Shown here in pieces: positions 38,270 through 48,277 of a stretch of 64,000 bases of DNA. Below the pieces are notes generated by a model. That model was not told the DNA's origin and did no database searches. It was given only the letters and a program-made list of their open reading frames with translations. Source of the DNA: Desulfuromonadales bacterium (GTDB taxonomy: Bacteria; Desulfobacterota; Desulfuromonadia; Desulfuromonadales; SZUA-540); assembly GCA_033549025.1 (NCBI GenBank), contig JAWSUS010000013.1, forward strand, positions 20,672-84,671, written 5' to 3'. The first letter of the stretch is position 1, and each line of letters starts with the position of its first letter. Position numbers and translations under genes: made by a program.

Positions 38270-38299
38270 GTTGTAGCAAACCGCCGGAAAACCTGTCAA
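38270..38299 (-). promoter_or_regulatory. Putative sigma70 promoter of cobC-cbiET
   Basis: TTGACA-18bp-TACAAC with extended TG. Confidence 0.5.
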
Positions 38300-38352
38300 C
38301 GAAATAGAGGGACGCACCGCCTGTCGCCTCCTGCAAACAGAGCCTTCATCCT

Positions 38353-38982
38353 TCAGCGATACACGCGGTCATCCGCCATGATCATTTCGAACAGCTGCAT
38401 GGGGGATACGTCATACCGCCGGGCGAGGTCTTTAAGCGGGACCTCCGCCGACTCCGCCGGATAGCCCTCTTCGGCGAGCACCTCTAGCGCCGCGGCCAGG
38501 TTGAGGTCGATGCGCCGGGCCAGCTCTGCCAGCGGCATCAGTTCGGCGTGAGGAAAGGGAGGCTGCACATCTTCGCCGGCGTACCAGGCCTTCTTGGCGG
38601 CGGCGCCCAACTCCATGACCTGCGAAAAGGGCGTCCACTGGGCCGCACTGCCGCCGATGACGACCAGACCAAGGACCAGGGCGGCGGCCAGCTCGCGGCG
38701 CAGGGTGAACTGTTGCCTCAGGCGGTCTTTCAGGTAGGCCATCAGCACGCGCCAGTTGTAGTAAAGGTGAAAAATCAGGACCAGGAAAAAGAGGAAGCTG
38801 AGGTTGGTATGCACGCTGCCCCAGGCCTCTTTGGTCAGCCCCAGCAGCCTCCAGTCGGTCCAGTAGGCCACCCGGCCCTCGGGAACGACATAGAGAACGA
38901 AGCCGGAGACCGTCATGACCAGGCCGCTCAGGGTGACCAGCAGGGTAATAAAGTTGCGCAGACGAAAGGGTGATGAAGACAT
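38353..38982 (-). CDS. DUF4405-like membrane protein
   Basis: SG.VLY..P.GRVAYW..W..LGL.K..W..VH...HLYYNW pattern with three TMs. Confidence 0.8.
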   Translation of the reverse strand: MSSSPFRLRNFITLLVTLSGLVMTVSGFVLYVVPEGRVAYWTDWRLLGLTKEAWGSVHTNLSFLFFLVLIFHLYYNWRVLMAYLKDRLRQQFTLRRELAAALVLGLVVIGGSAAQWTPFSQVMELGAAAKKAWYAGEDVQPPFPHAELMPLAELARRIDLNLAAALEVLAEEGYPAESAEVPLKDLARRYDVSPMQLFEMIMADDRVYR

Positions 38983-39080
38983 GATCGCTCTCCGTATCGG
39001 ACGACAGCCGGCGAACCGGGCGGGCTCGATGGACCATCCGTGTATTGCTGGGGAAATCTCGGCACAGGACGGAAGGGAAG

Positions 39081-39695
39081 TCAGTTGTCCTCTGTGGCTG
39101 CGGCGGGGCGCTCCTGGGCCAGCGCCGCCTCGATCCTTTCCCACACCTCGTCCCGGCCTTCGCGGTTGAGGGCGGAGAAGAGGCTGAAGGCATCCCGCGG
39201 CAGACCCGTGGCGTCCAGAATCGGCTTGATCTGCTTTTCCCGCTGCCCCCGGGAGACTTTATCCACCTTGGTCAGAACGGGGATGGTCGGAATCTGGTAC
39301 TCCTCCAGCCAGTCGAGCAGTTGGAGATCCTCTTCCCGGGGAACCCGGCGAATGTCGAAAAGTATGACGACCGCCCGCAGGTTGTGACGTCTTTCCAGAA
39401 AGGTGCGCACCATGGGACCCCAGTCTTTCTTGACCGCCAGGGGAACCTTGGCAAAACCATAGCCGGGCAAATCGACCAGGGAGAAAGTGCCGTTGATGTC
39501 GAAAAAATTCAGCAGCTGGGTGCGGCCCGGCGTCGAGGACGTTCGGACCAGGGCCTTGCGGTTGACCAGAACGTTAATCAGGGAGCTTTTCCCCACATTG
39601 CTGCGACCGGCGAAGGCCACCTCGGGGAGATCGCTGGCGGGATAATTGTCGGGGCGGGTGGCGCTTTTGACGAATTCTGCGGATTTAATGAGCAA
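39081..39695 (-). CDS. engB: Ribosome biogenesis GTP-binding protein YihA/YsxC (EngB)
   Basis: [33 protein letters not shown]. Confidence 0.96.
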   Translation of the reverse strand: MLIKSAEFVKSATRPDNYPASDLPEVAFAGRSNVGKSSLINVLVNRKALVRTSSTPGRTQLLNFFDINGTFSLVDLPGYGFAKVPLAVKKDWGPMVRTFLERRHNLRAVVILFDIRRVPREEDLQLLDWLEEYQIPTIPVLTKVDKVSRGQREKQIKPILDATGLPRDAFSLFSALNREGRDEVWERIEAALAQERPAAATEDN

Positions 39696-39793
39696 GAGAC
39701 CCCCGTGAAAAGTTGTTGATATCTGTTAGACTGAAGGATCGTCAGAATAGCCCAGTTCCCATGGATTTGCAACGATACCGCCCGGTGGTGCGC

Positions 39794-39822
39794 TGGACAA
39801 AGCGAACTGCCGTGGTTATAAT
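39794..39822 (+). promoter_or_regulatory. sigma70 promoter of ferritin
   Basis: TGGACA-17bp-TATAAT. Confidence 0.65.
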
Positions 39823-39863
39823 TTTGGCCAGTTCAACGGAAGCAGACGATGGAGGAGAACGCC

Positions 39864-40379
39864 ATGCTCAGCCCCAAGATGCAGGACGCCTTGAACGAAC
39901 AGATGAAAAACGAATTCTTTTCCGCTTATCTCTACATGGCCATGGCCGGCTACTTTCAGTCGGAAGATCTGCCCGGCCTTGCCAGCTGGATGCGCGTACA
40001 GGCCCTGGAGGAGATGACCCATGGCGAGATGTTCTTCAACTTCATCTGCGACGCCGGCGGGCGCACCCACCTTTTGCCCGTGGATGAACCCCAAAATGAT
40101 TTCTCCTCGCCGCTGGACGCCTTCGAATACGGCCTCAAACACGAACAGTTCGTGACCGAGCGCATCGGCAAACTGCTCGATCTGGCCCGCGCTGAAAACA
40201 GTCACGCCGCCCAGGTTTTCCTGCAATGGTTCGTCACCGAGCAAGTTGAGGAAGAGGCCAGCTTCTCCCTGATCATCCGCAAACTGTCCCGCGTCAAGGA
40301 CGACGGGCGCGGGCTGCTCATGGTCGATCAGGAACTGGGCCAGCGCGTCTTTACCCCGCCCGCCGCCTCAGGAGCTTAA
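39864..40379 (+). CDS. ftnA: Non-heme ferritin
   Basis: LNEQ..NEFFSAYLY, QALEEMTH, HE..VT, FLQWFVTEQVEEE; GGAGGAG SD. Confidence 0.94.
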   Translation: MLSPKMQDALNEQMKNEFFSAYLYMAMAGYFQSEDLPGLASWMRVQALEEMTHGEMFFNFICDAGGRTHLLPVDEPQNDFSSPLDAFEYGLKHEQFVTERIGKLLDLARAENSHAAQVFLQWFVTEQVEEEASFSLIIRKLSRVKDDGRGLLMVDQELGQRVFTPPAASGA

Positions 40380-40462
40380 GCGTTTTTGGCGCCGGCGCCG
40401 GCAACACTTCACCGCTATGACCATCGGGTCACCATCACAATTTACGTGCAAAGGAGAGACAC

Positions 40463-40948
40463 ATGGATTTACAGGAAGCGATCAAACGTTCCATCCAAAC
40501 CGAAAAAAACGCCATGGACTTTTACCGTCTGGCGGCAACCCACATGAAAGACGCCGACGCCAAACGCGTTTTCGAGGTTCTGGCTCGGGATGAAAAAGAA
40601 CATGCCGGGCAGTTCTTCGCCATCTACCAGGGCGGCGATATCAGCTCTTTCGATGACTTCATCGCCAAGCCCCCCAAGGAGGAGTCCGACTGGATGGCCG
40701 ATCTGCGCAAAATGCTTGACGCCGATTTCAACGAGCGCCAGGCCATGGAACTGGCCATGAAAAAAGAGCAGCAACTGGAAAAGGCGCTGCGGGAGATGGC
40801 CGCCAAGATCGACGATCCCCAAGTGCGCCAGGTATACGAAGACAACGCCAAATCCACCAATCATCACTACCAGGTGATCGAATCGGAATACGCCCGCCTC
40901 ATGGGCATGGTGCACGAGACGGACATCGATACCTTCGTGCGCGAATAG
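40463..40948 (+). CDS. Ferritin-like (rubrerythrin-type di-iron) protein
   Basis: E..A.DFY, LARDEKEH, duplicated helix pairs; AAGGAG SD. Confidence 0.85.
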   Translation: MDLQEAIKRSIQTEKNAMDFYRLAATHMKDADAKRVFEVLARDEKEHAGQFFAIYQGGDISSFDDFIAKPPKEESDWMADLRKMLDADFNERQAMELAMKKEQQLEKALREMAAKIDDPQVRQVYEDNAKSTNHHYQVIESEYARLMGMVHETDIDTFVRE

Positions 40949-40970
40949 TCCCGCCACGGATATAGCATGG

Positions 40971-41010
40971 AAAAAGCCTGCCCCGACTTCAGCGCGGGGC
41001 AGGCTTTTTT
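40971..41010. terminator. Bidirectional Rho-independent terminator
   Basis: AAAAAGCCTGCCCCG...CGGGGCAGGCTTTTTT between convergent genes. Confidence 0.9.
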
Positions 41011-41020
41011 GTGCAGGCCG

Positions 41021-44000
41021 TCAGGACGGGTCGCCGCTCTTGTTCGGCTCCAGCGGGATGGTGAAGCTCACCTTCGTGCCTCGGCCCGCCTCGCTCTCCA
41101 CCCAGATTTTACCCCCGTGCATCTCCACAATGGTTCTGGCGATGCTCATGCCCAGGCCCAGTCCGCCAATCGCCGTATCGGAGGCATCGGCCCGATAGAA
41201 CTTCTCGAAAACCCTTTCCACCTGCGCCGGCGTCATGCCGATGCCCTGGTCTTCCACCGTCACCAGCAGGCGATCCTCCAGTTTTTGTCCCTCAACCCGG
41301 ATGGTTCCGCCCTCAGGGGAGTATTTGACCGCATTGCTGACGAGGTTGTCCAGCACCTGGGCCATCTTGTCCTTGTCCACGAGGACTTCGGTCACCGCTT
41401 GCGGCACGGCGATCTCGAAATGATGCTTGCCTTCTTCACGCTGGTAAGGATTCACTACCTTCAGCAGACATTCGCCCATATTGCAGGGAGCCCGGTGGAG
41501 AACAATAACCCGGCCCGACTCGATACGGCTCAGATTGAGCAGGTCGTCGACGATCTTCTCCAGGTGTTGGACCTTGTCGTAAATCGTCTGGGCGTAGTCG
41601 CGGGACTGTTCGTCCCCTGTCTCGTCCTGATGGGTCTGCAGAAGCTCGGCATACCCCATGATAACCGCCAGGGGCGTACTCAATTCATGGGCCGCGGTGG
41701 CAATAAACTCGCTCTTCATGCGGTCGATCTCCCGCTCCCGCGTCACGTCGTGGAGCAGGGTGATCCATTCTCCGCCCGAGCGATCACGCCGATGTACCGG
41801 CGCCGTTCTGGCTTCCATGATACGGGCCGCTTCGCCGTCCTCACTAGGTAGCTCGAACACCAAGGGATCGTCCACCTTCTCCCCCGCGATGGTCCGCTGC
41901 AGGTATTGGCGCAATACCCCGGGCAGAGGGACCTGTGCCAAAGAAAGATGCGACATGGCAGGGCAATGCAGGGACAGAATCTTCTCGGCCACCGGATTGG
42001 CCATGACGAGATGTCCGCCACGGTCGGTGACCAGCAGACCGTCGACGACCGAACGCAGAATGGCATCGATGCGGTCCCGGGCTTCCTGGGCGTTTTCCAG
42101 AGCCAGCGTCAGTGCGGCCTCCGCTTCCTGCCGGGCCGTAATATCGTCGTACAGGGCGACCACTTCGCCGGAGGGCAAACGATAGAGCCGGTTTTCCTGC
42201 CAGCGGACCTTGTCAGAGCTTCCCGGTGCCACCGAAGAGAACATCTCCGAGTTCCCGCTCTTCCAGACCCTTTTGAGCGCCTTGAAAATTTCGGTATCGC
42301 AGATTTCGGGCAAGGACTCGCACAGGCCTTTGCCAATCAGCTCTACCCGGACCATCCCCCCCATCTTCCTGGCGGCCTGATTGCAGTCAACCAGAATGAA
42401 GTCTTCCCCGTTGTCCAGGGGTTCATAGATGGCCACGCCACTGTTCATATGACTGAACAGTTCGGTGAAGCGTGTCTCGCTCTTCTGGCGGGCCTCTTCG
42501 GCCTCTTTGCGTTCCGTCACGTCCAGAAGAATCCCCTCGATCGCCAGCAGGCGGTCGTTTTGGTCAAAAACGCCGCAGCCCTGATCGACGACCCAGCGCT
42601 CTCTCCCCTGACTGTCGAGCAGGCGGTATTCAACCTGGAACAGGTTCTTCTGCTCGACGCTCGCCTGAATGTGTTCCCATACCCGTTCCTGATCCTGGGG
42701 ATTGATCAGGTCGGCAAAGGCGACGGTGCGATTGTCGATCAGGTCCTCGGGCGTATAGCCGATCAACTCCTGGCTGCCGGCACTGACAAATTCCATGCTC
42801 CAGGACGGATCGTTTTTGCAGCGGTAGACCATGCCTGGCAGATTGCCCATCAGGGTGGCCAGCTTGCGTTGCTCCTCCCGCAGGTTCGCTCCCATGCGGC
42901 GAAGCTGCCGCCGGTTGACCAGAAGAGCCACCGACAGCAGGATAAAAAGGAGCAGCACCCCGAAAACCAACCAGAAAATGACTTTGTTTACCGTATAGAC
43001 CGGGTCCGGCGGATAAAGAATCTGGCTGTCGGGCGGCAGTTCAGCCAGTTTGATACTGAACCGGCTCAGCTGCCGATAGTCGAACATGGCGCGGTTGGCC
43101 CCTTTGGTCACCACGGGGATCGATTCGGTCGGTTCTCCCTGCAGAATACGTACCCCGATATCCGCGGCCATCTCACCCTGAGCACTCCCGCTGACCAGCA
43201 CGCCGCCGATGACCCCATGTCCGAAGTTCAGGTCCCAGGGTCCCCACAGGGGGACTGTACTGGCCTGGCTGAGGATCGACGTGGCCTCCTTGGGCTTCAG
43301 CACCTGGCCGTGGGTATCGGTGACAAACCCCACCATGAGGGCAAGGTGATCCTGCGACAGGGTCTTGAGTCGCGAGACGGCCTCGTCGAGGGAAAGATCG
43401 TCCCAGAAGCGGAACTGCAGGCGATTGTCGAACCGGACGGCCAGCCGCTCCAGCTCAGCGCGGATGTGACGTCCCGTCTCATCAACCTGGTTACCCAGAA
43501 CCACCAGCGACCGGGTTTGGGGGCGCAGGCGTAGCAGAATGTCGAGGGTCGCGGCATAGGAAGGCACTTCGGCCACGCCGGTGATACCCCGGTGCCCGGC
43601 CAGCATCTCGGGACGATAGTTGTTGATACCGCAGAAGACCACCGGCAGTCCGGAAAAAAGGCGCTCCCGATGCCGCAGCACGAAGTTCAGCGCATCATTG
43701 TCCGACACCATGACCAGGTCGAAATGCCGACCGGTAAGCTTGCTGACCAGGGCCCTGTCGGCGGTCTCGGTAATATAGAAGGCCCCCGGGTTGCGCTTGG
43801 TGTCCATGTATTCGGAATAAATCCGTATCTGCAGGGGTTGCGAGGCAAATGTCCGGGCGATGGCGTTGTCGATGGAGGTCGTCCAGGGGAAGCCAGGATC
43901 GTAGGAATGCAGGACGAGAACGTCTTTGGCCTTGGAATATTCGGCGCCCTGAGCAGGCGAAAACAGACCGACGGCCACCAAGAAGAGGCCAGCGAGGATG

Positions 44001-44029
44001 ATCCTGCAGAAGCGGGAGGTAAAAGCCAT
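41021..44029 (-). CDS. Sensor histidine kinase: periplasmic ABC-substrate-binding-like domain, three PAS, HisKA, HATPase
   Basis: VLVLHSY..G.PWT, EYMDTKR, PVVFCGIN; AHELSTPL, NAVKYSP, DQGIGM, GLGLG. Confidence 0.93.
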   Translation of the reverse strand: MAFTSRFCRIILAGLFLVAVGLFSPAQGAEYSKAKDVLVLHSYDPGFPWTTSIDNAIARTFASQPLQIRIYSEYMDTKRNPGAFYITETADRALVSKLTGRHFDLVMVSDNDALNFVLRHRERLFSGLPVVFCGINNYRPEMLAGHRGITGVAEVPSYAATLDILLRLRPQTRSLVVLGNQVDETGRHIRAELERLAVRFDNRLQFRFWDDLSLDEAVSRLKTLSQDHLALMVGFVTDTHGQVLKPKEATSILSQASTVPLWGPWDLNFGHGVIGGVLVSGSAQGEMAADIGVRILQGEPTESIPVVTKGANRAMFDYRQLSRFSIKLAELPPDSQILYPPDPVYTVNKVIFWLVFGVLLLFILLSVALLVNRRQLRRMGANLREEQRKLATLMGNLPGMVYRCKNDPSWSMEFVSAGSQELIGYTPEDLIDNRTVAFADLINPQDQERVWEHIQASVEQKNLFQVEYRLLDSQGRERWVVDQGCGVFDQNDRLLAIEGILLDVTERKEAEEARQKSETRFTELFSHMNSGVAIYEPLDNGEDFILVDCNQAARKMGGMVRVELIGKGLCESLPEICDTEIFKALKRVWKSGNSEMFSSVAPGSSDKVRWQENRLYRLPSGEVVALYDDITARQEAEAALTLALENAQEARDRIDAILRSVVDGLLVTDRGGHLVMANPVAEKILSLHCPAMSHLSLAQVPLPGVLRQYLQRTIAGEKVDDPLVFELPSEDGEAARIMEARTAPVHRRDRSGGEWITLLHDVTREREIDRMKSEFIATAAHELSTPLAVIMGYAELLQTHQDETGDEQSRDYAQTIYDKVQHLEKIVDDLLNLSRIESGRVIVLHRAPCNMGECLLKVVNPYQREEGKHHFEIAVPQAVTEVLVDKDKMAQVLDNLVSNAVKYSPEGGTIRVEGQKLEDRLLVTVEDQGIGMTPAQVERVFEKFYRADASDTAIGGLGLGMSIARTIVEMHGGKIWVESEAGRGTKVSFTIPLEPNKSGDPS

Positions 44030-44164
44030 GGTAATCCTTACGGAAGCAAGGGGTGGTGCCTTAGCACATGCCGTGAAGATTAAATTGAAACGCAGATCGG
44101 TTCGGGTGTCTACCCCTGAAGGTTATTTTGTGGCTGGGCACCAAAGAAAAGGGGCACGGGCCAA

Positions 44165-44332
44165 TTAATCGTTAAAAAGCTCCAACTGTTTGAAATGGGC
44201 CTCGGCTATCTTGAAAGGCATCGGCTGAAAACGGGGGCACTGCAAAAGCAGGATGTTCTGTGACTGCCGACAGCTGCGCAGACATTTCTGGCAGAGCCTG
44301 TTCGCCTCCTGGCGGGGAATGATTTTAGGCAC
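44165..44332 (-). CDS. Small Cys-rich hypothetical protein (55 aa) ending QLELFND
   Basis: GTG at 44332 after GAGGTG; MPKIIPRQEANRLCQKCLRSCRQSQNILLLQCPRFQPMPFKIAEAHFKQLELFND. Confidence 0.7.
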   Translation of the reverse strand: MPKIIPRQEANRLCQKCLRSCRQSQNILLLQCPRFQPMPFKIAEAHFKQLELFND

Positions 44333-44366
44333 CGCGCACCTCTCTTTCCGGATCGTCCCGAAAACC

Positions 44367-46835
44367 TTAGCAGTCCCGCCGCCCACCGGCAAGGGGGAAA
44401 TACTTTTCCACGTCCTCGGGCGGAACAGGCAGGGCCACCAGATAACCCTGAACTTCGTCACACCCCTGCTCTCGCAGAAAGACGCGCTGCGCTTCGGTTT
44501 CCACGCCCTCGGCCACCACCTTCAGGCGCATGCTGTGCGCCATGGCGATGATCGCCCTGACAATGGCGGCATCCTGCGCGCTGCTGACCACCCCCCGCAC
44601 AAAGGTATAATCGATCTTCAGCACGTCCAGCGGAAAGCGCCGCAGGTAGTCAAGGGAAGAAAAACCCGTGCCGAAATCATCCAGGGCGATGCGGATCCCC
44701 ATATTCTTGAGCTTCTTCAGGATGGCGATCGCCCGCTCGGTATCCTGCAGAATGACGCTTTCGGTGATTTCGAGCTCCAGGCACTGAGGCGACAGGCCCG
44801 TATCCCCCAGGGCCCGGCACACCGTGTCGACCAGGTCCTTCTCGCCGAATTGCTGGGCCGACAGGTTGACCGCCACCGGGAAGGGCCGATAGCCCTCCTT
44901 TTGCCATTGCCGATTCTGCTGGCAGGCTTTGCGCAGGGTCATCTCCCCCAAGGGGACGATAAGACCGGTTTCCTCGGCCAGGGAGATGAAATGGGCCGGG
45001 GAGATCAGCCCGCGATCGGGATGCTGCCAACGCGCCAAGGCTTCAAGACCGGTAAATTCCCGGGTAACGCTGTTGAACTTGGGTTGGTAGTGCAGCAAAA
45101 ACTCGTCACGCTCCAGGCTGCGTCGCAGACTGGTCTTCATGACCAGCCGCTCCTGCACCTGCCGATTCATCTCTTCGGAAAAAAAGACATAGCGGCTTTT
45201 GCCCTGCTCCTTGGCACAGACCATGGCCGTTTCCGCTTTCTGAATCAGCTCTTCGGGGTCCGTGCCGTCGATATCGCTCAGGGCGATGCCGATACTCAAG
45301 GTGATATAGAATTCGCGGCCACCATAGGTAAAGGGGGTTGCCAGGGAATCCAGCAGCTTCTGGGCCACAGCGGCCGCATCTCCACCCGGCAGCAATTCCC
45401 GCAGAATGACGGCGAATTCGTCGCTGCCAGGGCGGGCCACCGTATCGCTGGCCCGAATGCATCCTTTGATTTTGCGGGACACTTCCTGCAGCACCCGATC
45501 TCCCGTCGGACTGCCCAGGGTATCGTTGATTTCCTTGAAGTCATCCAGATCGATAAAGAGGACAGCGACCTGCCCCTGGTGGCGCTTTTCGCCGACCAGG
45601 CTCTGCTGCAGGCGGTCGAGGAACAGCAGTCGGTTGGGCAGATCGGTGAGAGGATCGAAGTGGGAGAGATAATGCAGCTGCCGTTCCGTCTCCTTCAGGC
45701 GCGAAAGGTCGGTGGCGGTAAAGACGTAATGGCCGTTTTCTTCGCCCTCGCTTCGCGCCTCGTTGACGGATACCAGGGCGGGAAAGGACTCGCCGTCCTG
45801 TCGCCGGCTCCAGACCTCTCCCTGCCAGAAACCTCTGTCCGTTACGGTCTGCCAAATATGCCGGTAGAACCCCGGTTCATGCTGGCCGGACAGCAGGTCC
45901 CCCAAGGGCCAGCCGACAATTTCTTCGCGGCCATACCCCGTCAGCCGGCAGAAGGTGTTGTTCACATCGACCACCCGGGCCTGCATATCGGTAATGAGGA
46001 TCATGTCGCCGCTGTTTTCGAACACCTTGCCGGCGAGCACCAGTTTCTCCTCAATCCGTTTACGGTCTGAGATATCCTGAATGGTGCCCACCAGCCGGAC
46101 GGCTTCCCCGCCGGCATCCACAATCCGGTCCGCCTGGCCATGCACGAATCGTTCGGTCCCGGCGGGGCGTAGGAGGCGGAAATCGAGAGACAAGGGAGGG
46201 CCGCCTTGCCAGAGATGGTCGAGGCCCCGGCGAATAACCTCGCGCTCCTGGGGATGAATGCGCTCCAGATAAGACGTCAGGGGCAGGGCGGCGGCCTCTT
46301 CGGAAACAGCCAAAATACGCCGGGCCTCTTCGGAGAGGCGCAATCGGTCATCTCCCCTCTCCCATTCCCAGTTTCCCAAACGGGCCAGTCGTTGCGCATA
46401 AGCCAGCCGCTGCTCTTTCTGGCGCAATTCCTCGACATTCAGGCTGGCCCGCAGCATATAGCGGACATGGTGGCGCAGGTGAGCGGCGTTGATCGGTTTG
46501 GGAATAAAATCGGTCGCCCCGGACGCATAGGCTTTCTCAGCCACTTCGCGCTCTTCGGAGGCCGTCACCATGAGAATGGGGACATGGCGAACTCCGGGAA
46601 TGGTTCGCAGGCGGGAACAGACTTCGAAGCCATCCAGGTCGGGCATGATCACGTCGAGCACGATGAGATCAGGATGAATCTGTCGAACCATCTCCAAGGC
46701 ATCGCGCCCATTGCTCGCTTCGCTGACGCCAAACCCGGCCGCTTCAAGGGCATCCCGCAACAGGGTTCTCATCAGCCTTTCGTCGTCGACGATGAGCACC
46801 AGAGGCGTTTTTCTTTGGGTGCGGCTTTCGGGCAT
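44367..46835 (-). CDS. REC-PAS-PAS-GGDEF-EAL c-di-GMP enzyme (GGDEF degenerate)
   Basis: IVDDE, VLDVIMP; DPLTDLPNR, ARPGSDEF; EAL, DDFGTGFSS, AEGVET. Confidence 0.94.
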   Translation of the reverse strand: MPESRTQRKTPLVLIVDDERLMRTLLRDALEAAGFGVSEASNGRDALEMVRQIHPDLIVLDVIMPDLDGFEVCSRLRTIPGVRHVPILMVTASEEREVAEKAYASGATDFIPKPINAAHLRHHVRYMLRASLNVEELRQKEQRLAYAQRLARLGNWEWERGDDRLRLSEEARRILAVSEEAAALPLTSYLERIHPQEREVIRRGLDHLWQGGPPLSLDFRLLRPAGTERFVHGQADRIVDAGGEAVRLVGTIQDISDRKRIEEKLVLAGKVFENSGDMILITDMQARVVDVNNTFCRLTGYGREEIVGWPLGDLLSGQHEPGFYRHIWQTVTDRGFWQGEVWSRRQDGESFPALVSVNEARSEGEENGHYVFTATDLSRLKETERQLHYLSHFDPLTDLPNRLLFLDRLQQSLVGEKRHQGQVAVLFIDLDDFKEINDTLGSPTGDRVLQEVSRKIKGCIRASDTVARPGSDEFAVILRELLPGGDAAAVAQKLLDSLATPFTYGGREFYITLSIGIALSDIDGTDPEELIQKAETAMVCAKEQGKSRYVFFSEEMNRQVQERLVMKTSLRRSLERDEFLLHYQPKFNSVTREFTGLEALARWQHPDRGLISPAHFISLAEETGLIVPLGEMTLRKACQQNRQWQKEGYRPFPVAVNLSAQQFGEKDLVDTVCRALGDTGLSPQCLELEITESVILQDTERAIAILKKLKNMGIRIALDDFGTGFSSLDYLRRFPLDVLKIDYTFVRGVVSSAQDAAIVRAIIAMAHSMRLKVVAEGVETEAQRVFLREQGCDEVQGYLVALPVPPEDVEKYFPLAGGRRDC

Positions 46836-46837
46836 GA

Positions 46838-47908
46838 TCAGGCCTTCTTAAGACTCTGTACCGGCGGTTCGGCCAGCAGGCGGTGGATTGATTCTTTCAG
46901 CCGGGCTATCCCTTCCTCTTCCGGTTCCAGCTGGATCTCGATACGCCGGTCGGGATGGGTGTGAAAATACAGGGGGTCGTAATAAAGAACCATCAGATCG
47001 GCCACCAGCTCGCGCCACTTTCCGGCGTGGAGCAAGGCCAGCAGGCGTTCGACGGTCTCGGTGCCGAGACGGCGCTTGAGCGCGACAATGGGGGGGATGA
47101 AGTCTTCACGAGGAATGTGATCGACGGGATATTCCTGCAGAATCAACTGGATTCGGTAATCGAGGGAGGCCTCCAGCCACAGGGACGTCTCCTGCTGCAG
47201 GGCCTCGTACACGCGGGGGGGCAGCACCACCCTGCCAATGTGTTTGCTCTCCCCTTCGGCCAGCGCATAGCCGCCCGGCGGAATCTGGCGCAGAGCTTCC
47301 CAGAGGCGGGCCTCGAAGGCCTTCTGACTCGGCTGCTCCCCCTGCCCCAGGGCCCCAAAGGCGCTGCCCCGATGGTTGGCCAGGCCTTCTAGGTCAAGAA
47401 CGGGATAACCCTCTCCGCGCAACCGGTGCAGGATCCGGGTTTTTCCCACCCCCGTAAGACCGCGCAGGACGAACAGGCGTCCCCACGCCCCCTTCTCTAG
47501 AAAATCGCGCACCTCAGCCCGGAAGGCTTTGTGGCCGCCGGTCAGCTGCCGCGCCGAAAATCCGGCCAGATCGAGAAAGGCCGTCAGGGCCCGGCTGCGC
47601 ATGCCGCCGCGCCAGCAGAAAACCACCAGCGGGCGTCGACGACCGTCGAGCAGCTCGTCGACCCGGCGAATCATCGCCGGAATGCGGGGGGAAACGAGAT
47701 CCACCGCCAGCCTTCGGGCCGGCCCCGGCCCCTTCTCCTTATACAGGAGCCCCACCTGGGCACGCTGCTCATCATCAAAAAGGGGAATGTTCACGGCACC
47801 GGGAATGGTCGCCTCGGCAAATTCGGACGGGGTACGGCAGTCGATGAACAGAGCGCCCTCATCCCGCTGCTGCAGTGCTTTTGGTAGATCAATTTTCAAA
47901 TGATGCAT
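46838..47908 (-). CDS. selU: tRNA 2-selenouridine synthase
   Basis: Rhodanese CWRGGMRS, GGHK.FR, GLTGVGKT, LEGLANHRGSAFG, SQK.FE, EGESK.IG, YYDP.Y. Confidence 0.94.
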   Translation of the reverse strand: MHHLKIDLPKALQQRDEGALFIDCRTPSEFAEATIPGAVNIPLFDDEQRAQVGLLYKEKGPGPARRLAVDLVSPRIPAMIRRVDELLDGRRRPLVVFCWRGGMRSRALTAFLDLAGFSARQLTGGHKAFRAEVRDFLEKGAWGRLFVLRGLTGVGKTRILHRLRGEGYPVLDLEGLANHRGSAFGALGQGEQPSQKAFEARLWEALRQIPPGGYALAEGESKHIGRVVLPPRVYEALQQETSLWLEASLDYRIQLILQEYPVDHIPREDFIPPIVALKRRLGTETVERLLALLHAGKWRELVADLMVLYYDPLYFHTHPDRRIEIQLEPEEEGIARLKESIHRLLAEPPVQSLKKA

Positions 47909-48037
47909 AACTGGATTCCAAGCCCTCTCAGGCCCCACCGGGCGGGGCAAGACTGCATTCTAACGGAATCCCGCCACTTAAACAAGGAGTTCCACGCCGG
48001 CCGGAACAACAGAATCAGAAATTTTTACAATTAAAGG

Positions 48038-48066
48038 TTGACAGACAAAAGATGGATGTATATAGT
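48038..48066 (+). promoter_or_regulatory. sigma70 promoter of tRNA-fMet
   Basis: TTGACA-17bp-TATAGT, 12 bp before the tRNA. Confidence 0.9.
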
Positions 48067-48078
48067 TTCAAATTCCGA

Positions 48079-48155
<77 letters not shown>

Positions 48156-48164
48156 AAAAAGATC

Positions 48165-48194
48165 AGGGATCTGCCTTTGCAGATCCCTTTTTTT
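48165..48194 (+). terminator. Terminator of tRNA-fMet
   Basis: AGGGATCTGC-cttt-GCAGATCCCT followed by T run. Confidence 0.9.
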
Positions 48195-48277
48195 GTCTTA
48201 GCCCGCCAAACCAGAGTGGGGAGCCCGCCCGGACTCCCCACCCTGTCCTGTCATGTCCATCCTTGCCGCCGCCAGGC

